Assembly: GCA_964566325.1 (NCBI GenBank)
Contig: CAZMIS010000003.1
Coordinates: forward strand, 1-33,549
Source: an uncultured Anaerolineales bacterium
GTDB lineage: Bacteria > Chloroflexota > Anaerolineae > CG2-30-64-16
Length of the DNA stretch: 33,549 nt
Reading direction: 5' to 3'
The position numbers and the translations under genes were made by a program. Shown in pieces: positions 23,812 through 32,222 of this stretch (its first letter is position 1; each line of letters opens with the position of its first letter). Below the pieces are notes generated by a model, which was not told the origin of the DNA, did not search any database, and saw nothing but the letters and a program-made list of their open reading frames with translations.

Positions 23812-24600
23812 ATGGCCAATGTCGTTGAGATGTCCCGCATCTGCAAGAGCTTCGGCCCCGTGCAGGCACTGCGGGACGTCGACCTGCACCTGGGCTACGG
23901 GGAAGTGCTTGGCCTGGTGGGCGACAACGCGGCCGGCAAGTCGACCCTGATGAAGGTGCTCACGGGCGCGCACGCGCCGGACTCGGGCGCCATCCGCTTC
24001 GATGGCGCAGAGGTCAGGTGGGCCAGTCCGCATGAATCGCGCCTGGCCGGCATCGAGATGGTCTACCAGGACTTCGCGCTGGCAGGCAACCTGGACATCT
24101 GCTCGAACATCTTCCTGGGTCGGGAGATGGCGAAGCCGTTCCTGGGGCGGGGACCCCAGATGCTCGACGAAAAGTCGATGGAGCAGGCCGCACGCTCCCT
24201 GCTGGACCGGCTCAAGATCGAGATCCGCTCCGTGCGGCTCAGAGTCGAAAACCTGTCTGGCGGGCAGCGCCAGGCCGTCGCCATCGCGCGTGCGACCGCC
24301 TTCCAGGCCAAGGTCGTGATCATGGATGAGCCGACCGCCGCGCTGGCGGTCAAAGAGGTCTCCAAGGTGCTGGAGATCATCCGGGGGCTGAAGGAGCACA
24401 ATATCGCGGTTATCATCATCAGCCATCGTCTGCAGGACATCTTCCAGGTATGCGACCGCATCATGGTTCTCCGGCAGGGCCGGAATGTGGGCGAGCGACT
24501 GGTCGGACAAACGACGATGGACGACATCGTGGGGATGATGGTCGGCGCAAAAGAGGACGGCCAGGTCGACAGCCTCCGCAGCGTCGCCGCGGGCGCGTAG
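23812..24600 (+). CDS. Sugar ABC transporter ATP-binding protein (single NBD)
   Basis: Walker A GDNAAGKST, signature LSGGQRQ and Walker B VIMDEPTAAL. A GGAAGGAG SD precedes the start. Confidence 0.9.
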   Translation: MANVVEMSRICKSFGPVQALRDVDLHLGYGEVLGLVGDNAAGKSTLMKVLTGAHAPDSGAIRFDGAEVRWASPHESRLAGIEMVYQDFALAGNLDICSNIFLGREMAKPFLGRGPQMLDEKSMEQAARSLLDRLKIEIRSVRLRVENLSGGQRQAVAIARATAFQAKVVIMDEPTAALAVKEVSKVLEIIRGLKEHNIAVIIISHRLQDIFQVCDRIMVLRQGRNVGERLVGQTTMDDIVGMMVGAKEDGQVDSLRSVAAGA

Positions 24601-24632
24601 GCATCGCCATCGCTGGCAAGGGAGGGTAACCG

Positions 24633-25649
24633 ATGCCCTGTGACGCACGAGACCCTGTGAAAAAACCGGATCGGTTGACTCGCGCTCTGCTCGACCGTTA
24701 CGGCATTGTAGCAGCGCTGCTGGTCATGATCGTCGCCCTCACCATTTTGAAGCCGGCCTACTTCCCCACGGTGGGCAACCTGACCAACGTGGCGCGGCAG
24801 ATTTCGTTCAACGCGATGCTGGCTCTCGGCCAGTTCATCGTGATCCTGACTGCCGGCATCGACCTGTCTGTCGGCTCCGTCGCGGCGCTGAGCATGGTCA
24901 TGCTAGCCCTGGCGACCCACAGCGGCCTGCCGGACGCACTTTCACTGCTGATCGCGCTCGGCGTGGGGACGCTGGCCGGCCTGCTCAACGGCCTGGGGCT
25001 CACCAAACTGCGCCTGCCGCACCCGTTCATTGCGACGCTGGCCATGCTCAACATCGCGCGCGGGATCACCTACCTGATCTCGGACGGCGTCCCGATCAGC
25101 GGGCTGCCGCCGGGCTTGCGTTGGTTTGGCTCCAGTGATCTTCGGTTGTGGGGGGAGGGCGACAAGCTCGTCGCAATCCCGGTGTCGTTGATCGTCGTGC
25201 TCGTGGCCTACGGCCTGGCGTGGGTGTTCCTGGTGCGTTCGCGCACCGGCCGCCACATCTATGCTGTGGGCGGCAACCCACAGGCCGCGCGCCACGCGGG
25301 CATCAACGTAGATCGCGTTCTCAACATCGTTTACGTGCTGTGCGGGCTGACGGCCGCCATGGGCGGGATACTCCTGGCTGGTCGTACGAACTCGGGCTAT
25401 CCCAATGCAGGCACCGGCGCCGAGCTGGACGCGATCGCCGCCGTCATCATCGGCGGCGCGAGCTTCTTCGGCGGGCGGGGCACCGTCGGGGGCACTTTCG
25501 TCGGGGTGTTGATCATGGGGCTGTTGCGCAACGGCCTGAACCTGATGGACGTGTCCTCGTTCTGGCAGATGGTCGTGATCGGAGTCGTCATTGTCCTGGC
25601 CGTGTTCATCGATGTGCTCAGGCAACGTGCGTCGCAGCAAGCTCGTTGA
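24633..25649 (+). CDS. Sugar ABC transporter permease (RbsC/monosaccharide type)
   Basis: 338 aa, about 9-10 hydrophobic helices. Motifs are GIDLSVGS and FFGGRGTVGGT. An AGGGAGGG SD precedes the start. Confidence 0.9.
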   Translation: MPCDARDPVKKPDRLTRALLDRYGIVAALLVMIVALTILKPAYFPTVGNLTNVARQISFNAMLALGQFIVILTAGIDLSVGSVAALSMVMLALATHSGLPDALSLLIALGVGTLAGLLNGLGLTKLRLPHPFIATLAMLNIARGITYLISDGVPISGLPPGLRWFGSSDLRLWGEGDKLVAIPVSLIVVLVAYGLAWVFLVRSRTGRHIYAVGGNPQAARHAGINVDRVLNIVYVLCGLTAAMGGILLAGRTNSGYPNAGTGAELDAIAAVIIGGASFFGGRGTVGGTFVGVLIMGLLRNGLNLMDVSSFWQMVVIGVVIVLAVFIDVLRQRASQQAR

Positions 25650-25765
25650 ACCCGGCTGCGGACTCTGCTGAAGAAGGGAGGCAATCAGCAAAGAACGTGC
25701 ACGGGAGCTCCGAAGGCAGACAGTTTCTTGCCGATTTCGCCGTTTTCCAGAAAAGGAGAAACACC

Positions 25766-27613
25766 ATGAAACGCAGCCTGTTCTCTGCGATGAGTCTGAC
25801 TCTGGTGATCGCTCTGTTGCTTGCGGGGTGCGCGCCCATCACGACCGCGCCCGCAGCCCCGCAAGCAGCGGCGCCTACCCAGGCGCCGGCGCAGGCCCCG
25901 GCCGCACCGGCTAAGGTCACGCTCCTGCTGAGCATGAAGGGACCGGGCGGGGGCAACCCGTTCTGGGCAGAGGTGGAGCGGGGCGCCGTAGAAACGGCAG
26001 CCGCCAACAACGTGGACATCGTCGTGCTTGCCCCGCCGGCTGAGACCGACGTGGCCACCCAGATCAGCCAGATCGAGGATCAGATCACCAAGAAAGTGAG
26101 CGCCATCATCGTGGCGCCCACCGACGTGGTCGGCCTCAACCCCACCTTCGACAAGGCCAAGGCGGCCAACATCCCCGTCCTCTTCGTCGACACCAAGGGT
26201 GACTGGGCCGACGCCCTCACCTTCATCGGCACCAACAACCGCAACGGCGGCAAGCTCGCCGGCGAGTTCATCTGCAAGCAGCTGGGCAACCAGGGCAAGG
26301 CCGCCCTCATCACCGGCGTGATGAGCCAGCAGACCCACATCGATCGCATCGGCGGCGCTGAGGAGGCGCTCAAGGCCTGCGGCATCACCATCGTCGCCCA
26401 GCAGCCCGCCAACTCCGATCGCGCGCTCGGCCAGACCGTGATGGAGAACATCCTCACCGCCAACCCGGACGTGAACGCGGTCTTCGCCAGCAACGACCTG
26501 ATGGCCCTCGGCGCCATGGAGGCCATCAAGACGGCCAAGAAATCCGGCGTCGTCGTCGTCGGCTTCGACGCCAACCCCGACGCGGTGAAGTCCATCGAAG
26601 CCGGCGAGATGGCGGCCTCGATCGCCCAGAGCCCCTACAACATGGGCAAGTTCGGCGTGGAAGCCGCACTCAAAGCCATCAAGGGCGAGACGATCGAGAC
26701 GAACATCGATACAGGCACAGAAGTAGTTTCGAAGAGCGGCGCTGCCGAAGCGGTCAAGCCCGACAAGGCCTACAAGCTGCTGTTGAGCATGAAGGGTCCC
26801 GGCGGCGGCAACCCGTTCTGGGCGGCCGTCGAGAAGGGCGCCGTAGAAACGGCAGCCGCCATGGGCGTCGAATTGGCGGTCCTGGCCCCGCCGGCTGAGA
26901 CCGACGTGGCCACCCAGATCAGCCAGATCGAGGACCAGATCACCAAGAAGGTGGAGGCCATCATCGTGGCGCCCACCGACGTAGTCGGCCTCAACCCCAC
27001 CTTCGACAAGGCCAAGGCGGCCAACATCCCCGTCCTCTTCGTCGACACCAAGGGTGACTGGGCCGACGCCCTCACCTTCATCGGCACCAACAACCGCAAC
27101 GGCGGCAAGCTCGCCGGCGAGTTCATCTGCAAGCAGCTGGGCAACCAGGGCAAGGCCGCCCTCATCACCGGCGTGATGAGCCAGCAGACCCACATCGATC
27201 GCATCGGCGGCGCTGAGGAGGCGCTCAAGGCCTGCGGCATCACCATCGTCGCCCAGCAGCCCGCCAACTCCGATCGCGCGCTCGGCCAGACCGTGATGGA
27301 GAACATCCTCACCGCCAACCCGGACGTGAACGCGGTCTTCGCCAGCAACGACCTGATGGCCCTCGGCGCCATGGAGGCCATCAAGACGGCCAAGAAGTCC
27401 GGCGTCGTCGTCGTCGGCTTCGACGCCAACCCCGACGCGGCCGCCTCGATCCTGGCCGGTGAGATGACGGCCTCGATCGCCCAGAGCCCCTACAACATGG
27501 GCAAGTTCGGCGTGGAGGCCGCAGTCAAGGTGTTGATGGGAGAGACGATCGAAACGAACATCGACACCGGGACGGAAGTGGTCACGATCGACAACGCCGC
27601 CAACTTCAAGTAA
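25766..27613 (+). CDS. Sugar-binding lipoprotein with two tandem RbsB-type (type I PBP) modules
   Basis: AGGAG SD, signal peptide with lipobox LLAGC, and a Pro/Ala linker. Two about 285-aa modules follow, each starting LLLSMKGPGGGNPFW and ending ETNIDTGTEVV. Confidence 0.9.
   Translation: MKRSLFSAMSLTLVIALLLAGCAPITTAPAAPQAAAPTQAPAQAPAAPAKVTLLLSMKGPGGGNPFWAEVERGAVETAAANNVDIVVLAPPAETDVATQISQIEDQITKKVSAIIVAPTDVVGLNPTFDKAKAANIPVLFVDTKGDWADALTFIGTNNRNGGKLAGEFICKQLGNQGKAALITGVMSQQTHIDRIGGAEEALKACGITIVAQQPANSDRALGQTVMENILTANPDVNAVFASNDLMALGAMEAIKTAKKSGVVVVGFDANPDAVKSIEAGEMAASIAQSPYNMGKFGVEAALKAIKGETIETNIDTGTEVVSKSGAAEAVKPDKAYKLLLSMKGPGGGNPFWAAVEKGAVETAAAMGVELAVLAPPAETDVATQISQIEDQITKKVEAIIVAPTDVVGLNPTFDKAKAANIPVLFVDTKGDWADALTFIGTNNRNGGKLAGEFICKQLGNQGKAALITGVMSQQTHIDRIGGAEEALKACGITIVAQQPANSDRALGQTVMENILTANPDVNAVFASNDLMALGAMEAIKTAKKSGVVVVGFDANPDAAASILAGEMTASIAQSPYNMGKFGVEAAVKVLMGETIETNIDTGTEVVTIDNAANFK
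25925..27583 (+). repeat. In-frame tandem direct repeat, period 855 bp (two copies)
   Basis: Copy 1 is about 25925-26728 and copy 2 about 26780-27583. 26129-26541 is identical to 26984-27396 (413 nt, compared by eye) and the flanks are diverged. Confidence 0.9.
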
Positions 27614-27621
27614 ACCCGAAT

Positions 27622-27686
27622 GCCGGGCAGGGGTCAGGCACTCCCCCTGCCCGGCGCCGAACGACCTCCCCGCCAGCGGGAGGTCG
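27622..27686 (+). terminator. Two consecutive GC-rich hairpins after the binding-protein gene (candidate terminator, no T-tract)
   Basis: GCCGGGCAGGGG (27622-27633) pairs with CCCCTGCCCGGC (27644-27655). CGACCTCCC (27662-27670) pairs with GGGAGGTCG (27678-27686). Confidence 0.45.
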
Positions 27687-27724
27687 ACCGTGAGTGCCAA
27701 AACCCGATATTGGAGTAACGACAC

Positions 27725-28849
27725 ATGTCCGAACAGCCATTGCCCGCCGGATTGCTGCCGACCGAACTGCCTGACCTCTTCTTCGAGGACAACTCAGTCG
27801 GCCGGATGAAGAAAGAAGTCTGGGACGCCAGCGACGCAGAGATCGATGCCATCCTGGCAGAGTACGGCGTGCCGTCGCCGGTGGAATGGGGTAAGCCCGG
27901 TGCTTACATCCAGACTACCACGCGCTGGCAGGTCGAGCAGAACCGGAAGAAGAACGACATCGTATTCATTCCGGTCGGCTGCACCGAGCTGCATGGCCAA
28001 CATCTGCCCAGCGCATCTGATACGCTTTACGTCAGCCAGATCTGCGAGGGCGTGCGGCGCTACACGGCGCGGCGCGGCGCGGCGGTCAACCTGGCGCTGC
28101 CTCCGTTGAACTACGGAGCTCATCCGTACCATCATCTCGGCATGCCCGGCACCGTGATCGTGCGCGAACACGTCGTGCGGGAGATGATGATCGACGTGAT
28201 GTTGGGCCTGTGGAACGATGGCTTCCGCAAGCAGCTGATCGTCAACAATCACGGCCAGCTGTGGGTGCTGGAATCGGCCGTCCAGGAGTTCCAGAAGCGC
28301 TACCAGCTGCCCGGCATCTTCCGCGTCATCGACTGGCACCGCGGGGTGCGCGAGTTCTTCCGCGCGACCGACCGCGGCGGCCGCCTCGACACCAACTTCG
28401 TCCACGCGGACGAGTCGGAAACTTCGCTCGGCCTGCTGCTGCATCCCGAGATGGTGGACATGGCGTACGCGGTCGACACCGAAGGCAAGAGCTACCTGCC
28501 CGACGGCCACTTCGACAAGTCGGTCGATCCGTTCGGGCGCCCGTCGCGCTGGTCGGAGGGAGAGGGTCACTTCGCCATCGAGATCGCGGCCACCCCCGAG
28601 GGTGTCGTGGGCAAGTCGACGCACGGCACGGCCCAGAAGGCCAAGCGCCCCCTTGCGGCGATCCTGAAGTACCTCACGCTGTGGAACGACCACGTGCTCG
28701 AGGCCTTCCCGCCCGGCACGACGCCGCCGGTGGAAGAGGTCACGCTGCGCACGGAAGCGGAGATGGAGCCCTACCTGCGCGAGCCGCTGAGCAAGGGCTG
28801 GAAGCCGGTCTACGCGCTGCCGCGCATCGGCCAGGGGACAGAGGTCTGA
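27725..28849 (+). CDS. Creatininase-fold amidohydrolase family protein (long form, 374 aa)
   Basis: Motifs are FIPVGCTELHGQHLPSASD, NNHGQ and HADESETS. An extra C-terminal region of about 100 aa is present. Confidence 0.8.
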   Translation: MSEQPLPAGLLPTELPDLFFEDNSVGRMKKEVWDASDAEIDAILAEYGVPSPVEWGKPGAYIQTTTRWQVEQNRKKNDIVFIPVGCTELHGQHLPSASDTLYVSQICEGVRRYTARRGAAVNLALPPLNYGAHPYHHLGMPGTVIVREHVVREMMIDVMLGLWNDGFRKQLIVNNHGQLWVLESAVQEFQKRYQLPGIFRVIDWHRGVREFFRATDRGGRLDTNFVHADESETSLGLLLHPEMVDMAYAVDTEGKSYLPDGHFDKSVDPFGRPSRWSEGEGHFAIEIAATPEGVVGKSTHGTAQKAKRPLAAILKYLTLWNDHVLEAFPPGTTPPVEEVTLRTEAEMEPYLREPLSKGWKPVYALPRIGQGTEV

Positions 28850-28878
28850 GGCCAATTACGGGCATAAGGAGAGATGGT

Positions 28879-30075
28879 ATGACGGGCAAAATGATGGGCG
28901 TGACCCTGGTGGCGGACTGGGCGCCGAAGCCGGGCTTCAAGCTGGGCGCGAAGGATATCGAAGGACGCCAGACCTACCTGGGCAGCCTCGTGTGGAAGAA
29001 TCCAAGGATCGAGATGCGGGAGTACGACATTCCGACGCCCGGGCCGGACGAGGTGCTGATCGAGGTGAAGGCGTGCGGTATCTGTGGCTCGGATGTCCAC
29101 ATGGCCCAGGCGGAGCCGGATGGCTACATCTTCTACCCCGGGCTGACGGGCTTCCCTTGCATCCTGGGACACGAATTCTCCGGCGTGGTGGTCGACGCGG
29201 GCAAGAAGGCCTTCGACAAGCGGACCAACAAGCCGTTCAAGGGCGGCGAGCCGGTGACTTCGGAAGAGATGCTCTGGTGTGCGCAATGCCGCCCATGCGC
29301 AGATGGATGGCCCAACCACTGCGAGCGGCTGGACGAGATCGGCTTCAACGTGAACGGCGCGTACGCCAAGTACATGGTGGTGCCCGCGCGAACGGTGTGG
29401 AGCCTGGAGCCGCTGAAGAGGATCTACAAGGGCGACGATCTTTTCATCGCCGGCAGCCTCGTGGAACCCACCACCGTGGCTTACAACGCGGTGATCGAGC
29501 GCGGCGGCGGCATCCGGCCGGGCGATCGCGTGGTCATCCTCGGCGGCGGCCCGATTGGCCTGGCGGCCTGCGCGATCCTGAAGCGCGCCGGCGCGTCCCA
29601 GGTCATCATCTCCGAGCCGCAGAAGGAGCGCACCGACCTGGCCCTGCAGATCGGCGCGGACTATGCCATCAACCCGGTCAAGGAGGACTTTGCCGAGCGC
29701 GTCCTGGAGATCACCGAGGGCATGGGCGCGGACCTCTTCATGGAGGCCACCGGCCTGCCGACGGTCGTCTATCCGGGCATCGAGCGCGTGATCTGGGAAG
29801 GCCGGACGCTCAACAGCCGCGTGGTCGTCACGGCCCGCGCCGATGCCAAGATGCCGGTCACGGGCGAAGTGCTGCAGGTGCGCCGCGCCAGCATCATCGG
29901 CGCACAGGGCCATTCGGGCCACGGCAACTTCCCGCGCGTGATCGAGTGCATGGCCACCGGGATGGACATGACGCGCATCAGCACCAAGAAAGTCACCCTG
30001 GAAGAAGTGCCGGAAAACATCGTCAGGTTGCAGACCGATCGAAGCGAGTGTAAGATCACCTACGTCGCTGGCTAA
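28879..30075 (+). CDS. Zn-dependent dehydrogenase (MDR family, long form, 398 aa; scyllo-inosose 3-dehydrogenase-like)
   Basis: Motifs are GICGSDVHM, GHEFSGVV, CAQCRPCADGWPNHC and GGGPIGLAA. An AAGGAGAG SD precedes ATG 28879. Confidence 0.85.
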   Translation: MTGKMMGVTLVADWAPKPGFKLGAKDIEGRQTYLGSLVWKNPRIEMREYDIPTPGPDEVLIEVKACGICGSDVHMAQAEPDGYIFYPGLTGFPCILGHEFSGVVVDAGKKAFDKRTNKPFKGGEPVTSEEMLWCAQCRPCADGWPNHCERLDEIGFNVNGAYAKYMVVPARTVWSLEPLKRIYKGDDLFIAGSLVEPTTVAYNAVIERGGGIRPGDRVVILGGGPIGLAACAILKRAGASQVIISEPQKERTDLALQIGADYAINPVKEDFAERVLEITEGMGADLFMEATGLPTVVYPGIERVIWEGRTLNSRVVVTARADAKMPVTGEVLQVRRASIIGAQGHSGHGNFPRVIECMATGMDMTRISTKKVTLEEVPENIVRLQTDRSECKITYVAG

Positions 30076-30091
30076 CGGCAGCATTGCGAAG

Positions 30092-30125
30092 GTGGCCCTG
30101 GGCGGCGACCGTTGCGCAGGGCCAC
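30092..30125 (+). other. Intercistronic hairpin (9-bp stem)
   Basis: GTGGCCCTG (30092-30100) pairs with CAGGGCCAC (30117-30125). It lies between the ADH stop and the MBL gene start. Confidence 0.3.
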
Positions 30126-30137
30126 GGCAGAAGCGCG

Positions 30138-30917
30138 ATGAAGATACAATTTCTCGGCACCGGCACCGGCCTGCCCAGCCGTGAGCGAGCGCCGTCAGGG
30201 CTGCTCGTTCGGCTCGGCAGGCCCGAGGGACGTCCGGAGGAGGCGCGAGCTTCCGATGGTCCGTCTTTGCTCGTCGACTGCGGCTCAGGCACCATCGGCC
30301 GCCTGCTGGCCGCGGGGGTCGATCCCACACGGCTCAACGACATCTACTCCACCCACGAACACGGCGATCACGCGGCTGACCTCGTCCCGTTCATGCAGGC
30401 GATGGACCTGGCCGGCCGCTCTGCTGACCTCCACTGGACCGCGCCCGCTGCGATGGCCGGATTCCTGCAAGGCCTGCTCGCACTGCAGCTCTGGGCCACA
30501 CCGAAGACCTATCGTTGGATCCATCACCCTGCGGAGAGCGAGCCGTACTGCGGCGACGGCTGGTCGGTGCGCGCAGCGCGCACGGGCCACACGCGCGACT
30601 CCGTGGGCTATCGCTTCGATGCGGAGGGGCGGTCAGTCGTCATCTCGGGCGACGCGACCGGCCATCCCGACCTGGTGGCGCTGGCCCGCGGGGCCGACAT
30701 GGTGGTGCTGGAGTGCAGCTACCCTGACCAGTCGGGTATACCCGGGCACTTGACGCCCACATCGGCGGGCCGGCTTGCCACTGAAGCCGGCGCCCGCCAC
30801 CTTGTCCTCACGCACTTCTACCCGGTCTGCCGCATGGACGAGATCGCCGCCCAGGCAAACAGGGCATTCGCCGGGAGGCTGACCCTGGCGTATGACGGGC
30901 TGGTGCTCGAGGTCTGA
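30138..30917 (+). CDS. MBL-fold metallo-hydrolase (RNase Z-like)
   Basis: Starts MKIQFLGTGTG and carries the HxHxDH motif as THEHGDH, with later His/Asp ligand contexts (GHTRDS, SGDATGH, LTHF). Confidence 0.8.
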   Translation: MKIQFLGTGTGLPSRERAPSGLLVRLGRPEGRPEEARASDGPSLLVDCGSGTIGRLLAAGVDPTRLNDIYSTHEHGDHAADLVPFMQAMDLAGRSADLHWTAPAAMAGFLQGLLALQLWATPKTYRWIHHPAESEPYCGDGWSVRAARTGHTRDSVGYRFDAEGRSVVISGDATGHPDLVALARGADMVVLECSYPDQSGIPGHLTPTSAGRLATEAGARHLVLTHFYPVCRMDEIAAQANRAFAGRLTLAYDGLVLEV

Positions 30918-30997
30918 CATATCTCAAGGAGGTGCTGTTCGTAACCAACCCTGTCTCTGACGACCGTTCGCCCCTTCGTCTCTTCAAGGAGGAACCG

Positions 30998-32143
30998 ATG
31001 AATCGCAAGTTGTTGATCCCGATCGCATGTCTGTTGGTTCTGGCCACGGTGCTGCAGGGATGTGCACCGGCCAGTCAGCAAGTCACCCTCTCCATCGTCA
31101 CCGCAGGTGACACGAACATGGAGGAACTCCAGCGCAACGTCTTCGGCCCTGAGTTCGTCAAGACCAACCCCAACGTCACGATCAATGTGGTTGGCACAGG
31201 CCCTGGCGACGCAGGCAGCGCCGCGATCCACACCAAGCTCAAGGCGCAGCAGGACGCCGGCACCAAGACCTGGGACATCGACGTCGCCATCGTGCACCAG
31301 AGCATTATGGGACAGATGATCAAGGACGGCCTTCTGCTGAAATACGTGCCCGACACCGGCGCGGCCAGCCTGCTGACCGCCGGTGATGCCAAGAACGCGC
31401 TCGGCACCGACGTGGATGGCTACGTCATCCCCATGTTCCACAGCCAGACCGCCATCGCTTACAACTCAGCGAAGGTGCCCAACCCGCCCGCCACGTACGA
31501 AGAGTTGGTGAGCTGGATCCAGGCCAACCCGAACCGCTTCGGCTACAACGGCGTCAAGGGCGGCATGAGCGGCGTCGCATTCACCGGCGGCTACCTCTAC
31601 TGGAAGACCGGCAAGTACGACCAGTTGACCAAGGGACCCTACGACAAAGCGATCGAGGCTGACTGGATTTCCATGTTCAAAGAACTGAAATCGCTGCCGG
31701 CCACCATCACCACGGGCAACAACGACACGCTGGACAGGCTGAACCGGGGCGAGATCGACATGGGCCCGGTGTGGGTCGACATGCTGGTGCTGTGGAAGAA
31801 CGAAGGCCGCATGGATCCCAACGTGAAGATGAAGCTGATCGAGCCAGGCATGCCCGGCCAGCCCATGTACGTCGTCATCCCTGCGAAGTCGGCCAACGCC
31901 GCAGCAGCGAAGAAGTTCGCCGAGTTCATCACGAGCCCGGAACAGCAAGCCAAGGTCATCGTCGAGAAACAGGGGTGGTACCCCGGCATCGATCCGACGA
32001 AGGTGCTGCCCAACGTCTCCGAAGATGGCAAGCAGAAGCTGTTCGGCGACATCTCGGCTGAGACCCTCAACAAGGCCGGGCTGTCCTTCCCGCTGTCTGA
32101 TTACATGAAGGACTTCCAGGCCGCGTACGAAGAAGCGAAGTAA
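30998..32143 (+). CDS. ABC transporter substrate-binding lipoprotein (family-1 / PotD-Fe3+-like)
   Basis: AAGGAGG SD and signal peptide with lipobox LQGCAP. The 381-aa mature domain is typical of extracellular solute-binding proteins. Confidence 0.8.
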   Translation: MNRKLLIPIACLLVLATVLQGCAPASQQVTLSIVTAGDTNMEELQRNVFGPEFVKTNPNVTINVVGTGPGDAGSAAIHTKLKAQQDAGTKTWDIDVAIVHQSIMGQMIKDGLLLKYVPDTGAASLLTAGDAKNALGTDVDGYVIPMFHSQTAIAYNSAKVPNPPATYEELVSWIQANPNRFGYNGVKGGMSGVAFTGGYLYWKTGKYDQLTKGPYDKAIEADWISMFKELKSLPATITTGNNDTLDRLNRGEIDMGPVWVDMLVLWKNEGRMDPNVKMKLIEPGMPGQPMYVVIPAKSANAAAAKKFAEFITSPEQQAKVIVEKQGWYPGIDPTKVLPNVSEDGKQKLFGDISAETLNKAGLSFPLSDYMKDFQAAYEEAK

Positions 32144-32158
32144 GGAGTCCACTTTCCT

Positions 32159-32195
32159 GTCGCTTGCCTCCGGACCGAATCCGGGGGCAAGCGAC
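32159..32195 (+). other. Strong hairpin (~15 bp stem) between binding-protein and permease genes
   Basis: GTCGCTTGCCTCCGG (32159-32173) pairs with CCGGGGGCAAGCGAC (32181-32195) around the loop ACCGAAT. It is followed by GGTTTGCC. Confidence 0.5.
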
Positions 32196-32222
32196 GGTTT
32201 GCCACGTACTGAGGATGGGGAG

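Noticed and set aside
21649-24648. Minus-strand ORFs 21649..22689, 22539..23846 and 23791..24648
   Set aside because: They are antisense to the Zn-ADH, Gfo/Idh/MocA and ABC-ATPase genes, all of which have canonical motifs and SD sequences. No motifs are present in the antisense translations.
14183-27583. Direct repeats (15-bp units at 14183-14279; 855-bp units at 25925-27583) as a possible CRISPR array
   Set aside because: Both lie inside reading frames and have no repeat-spacer architecture. No cas genes are present.
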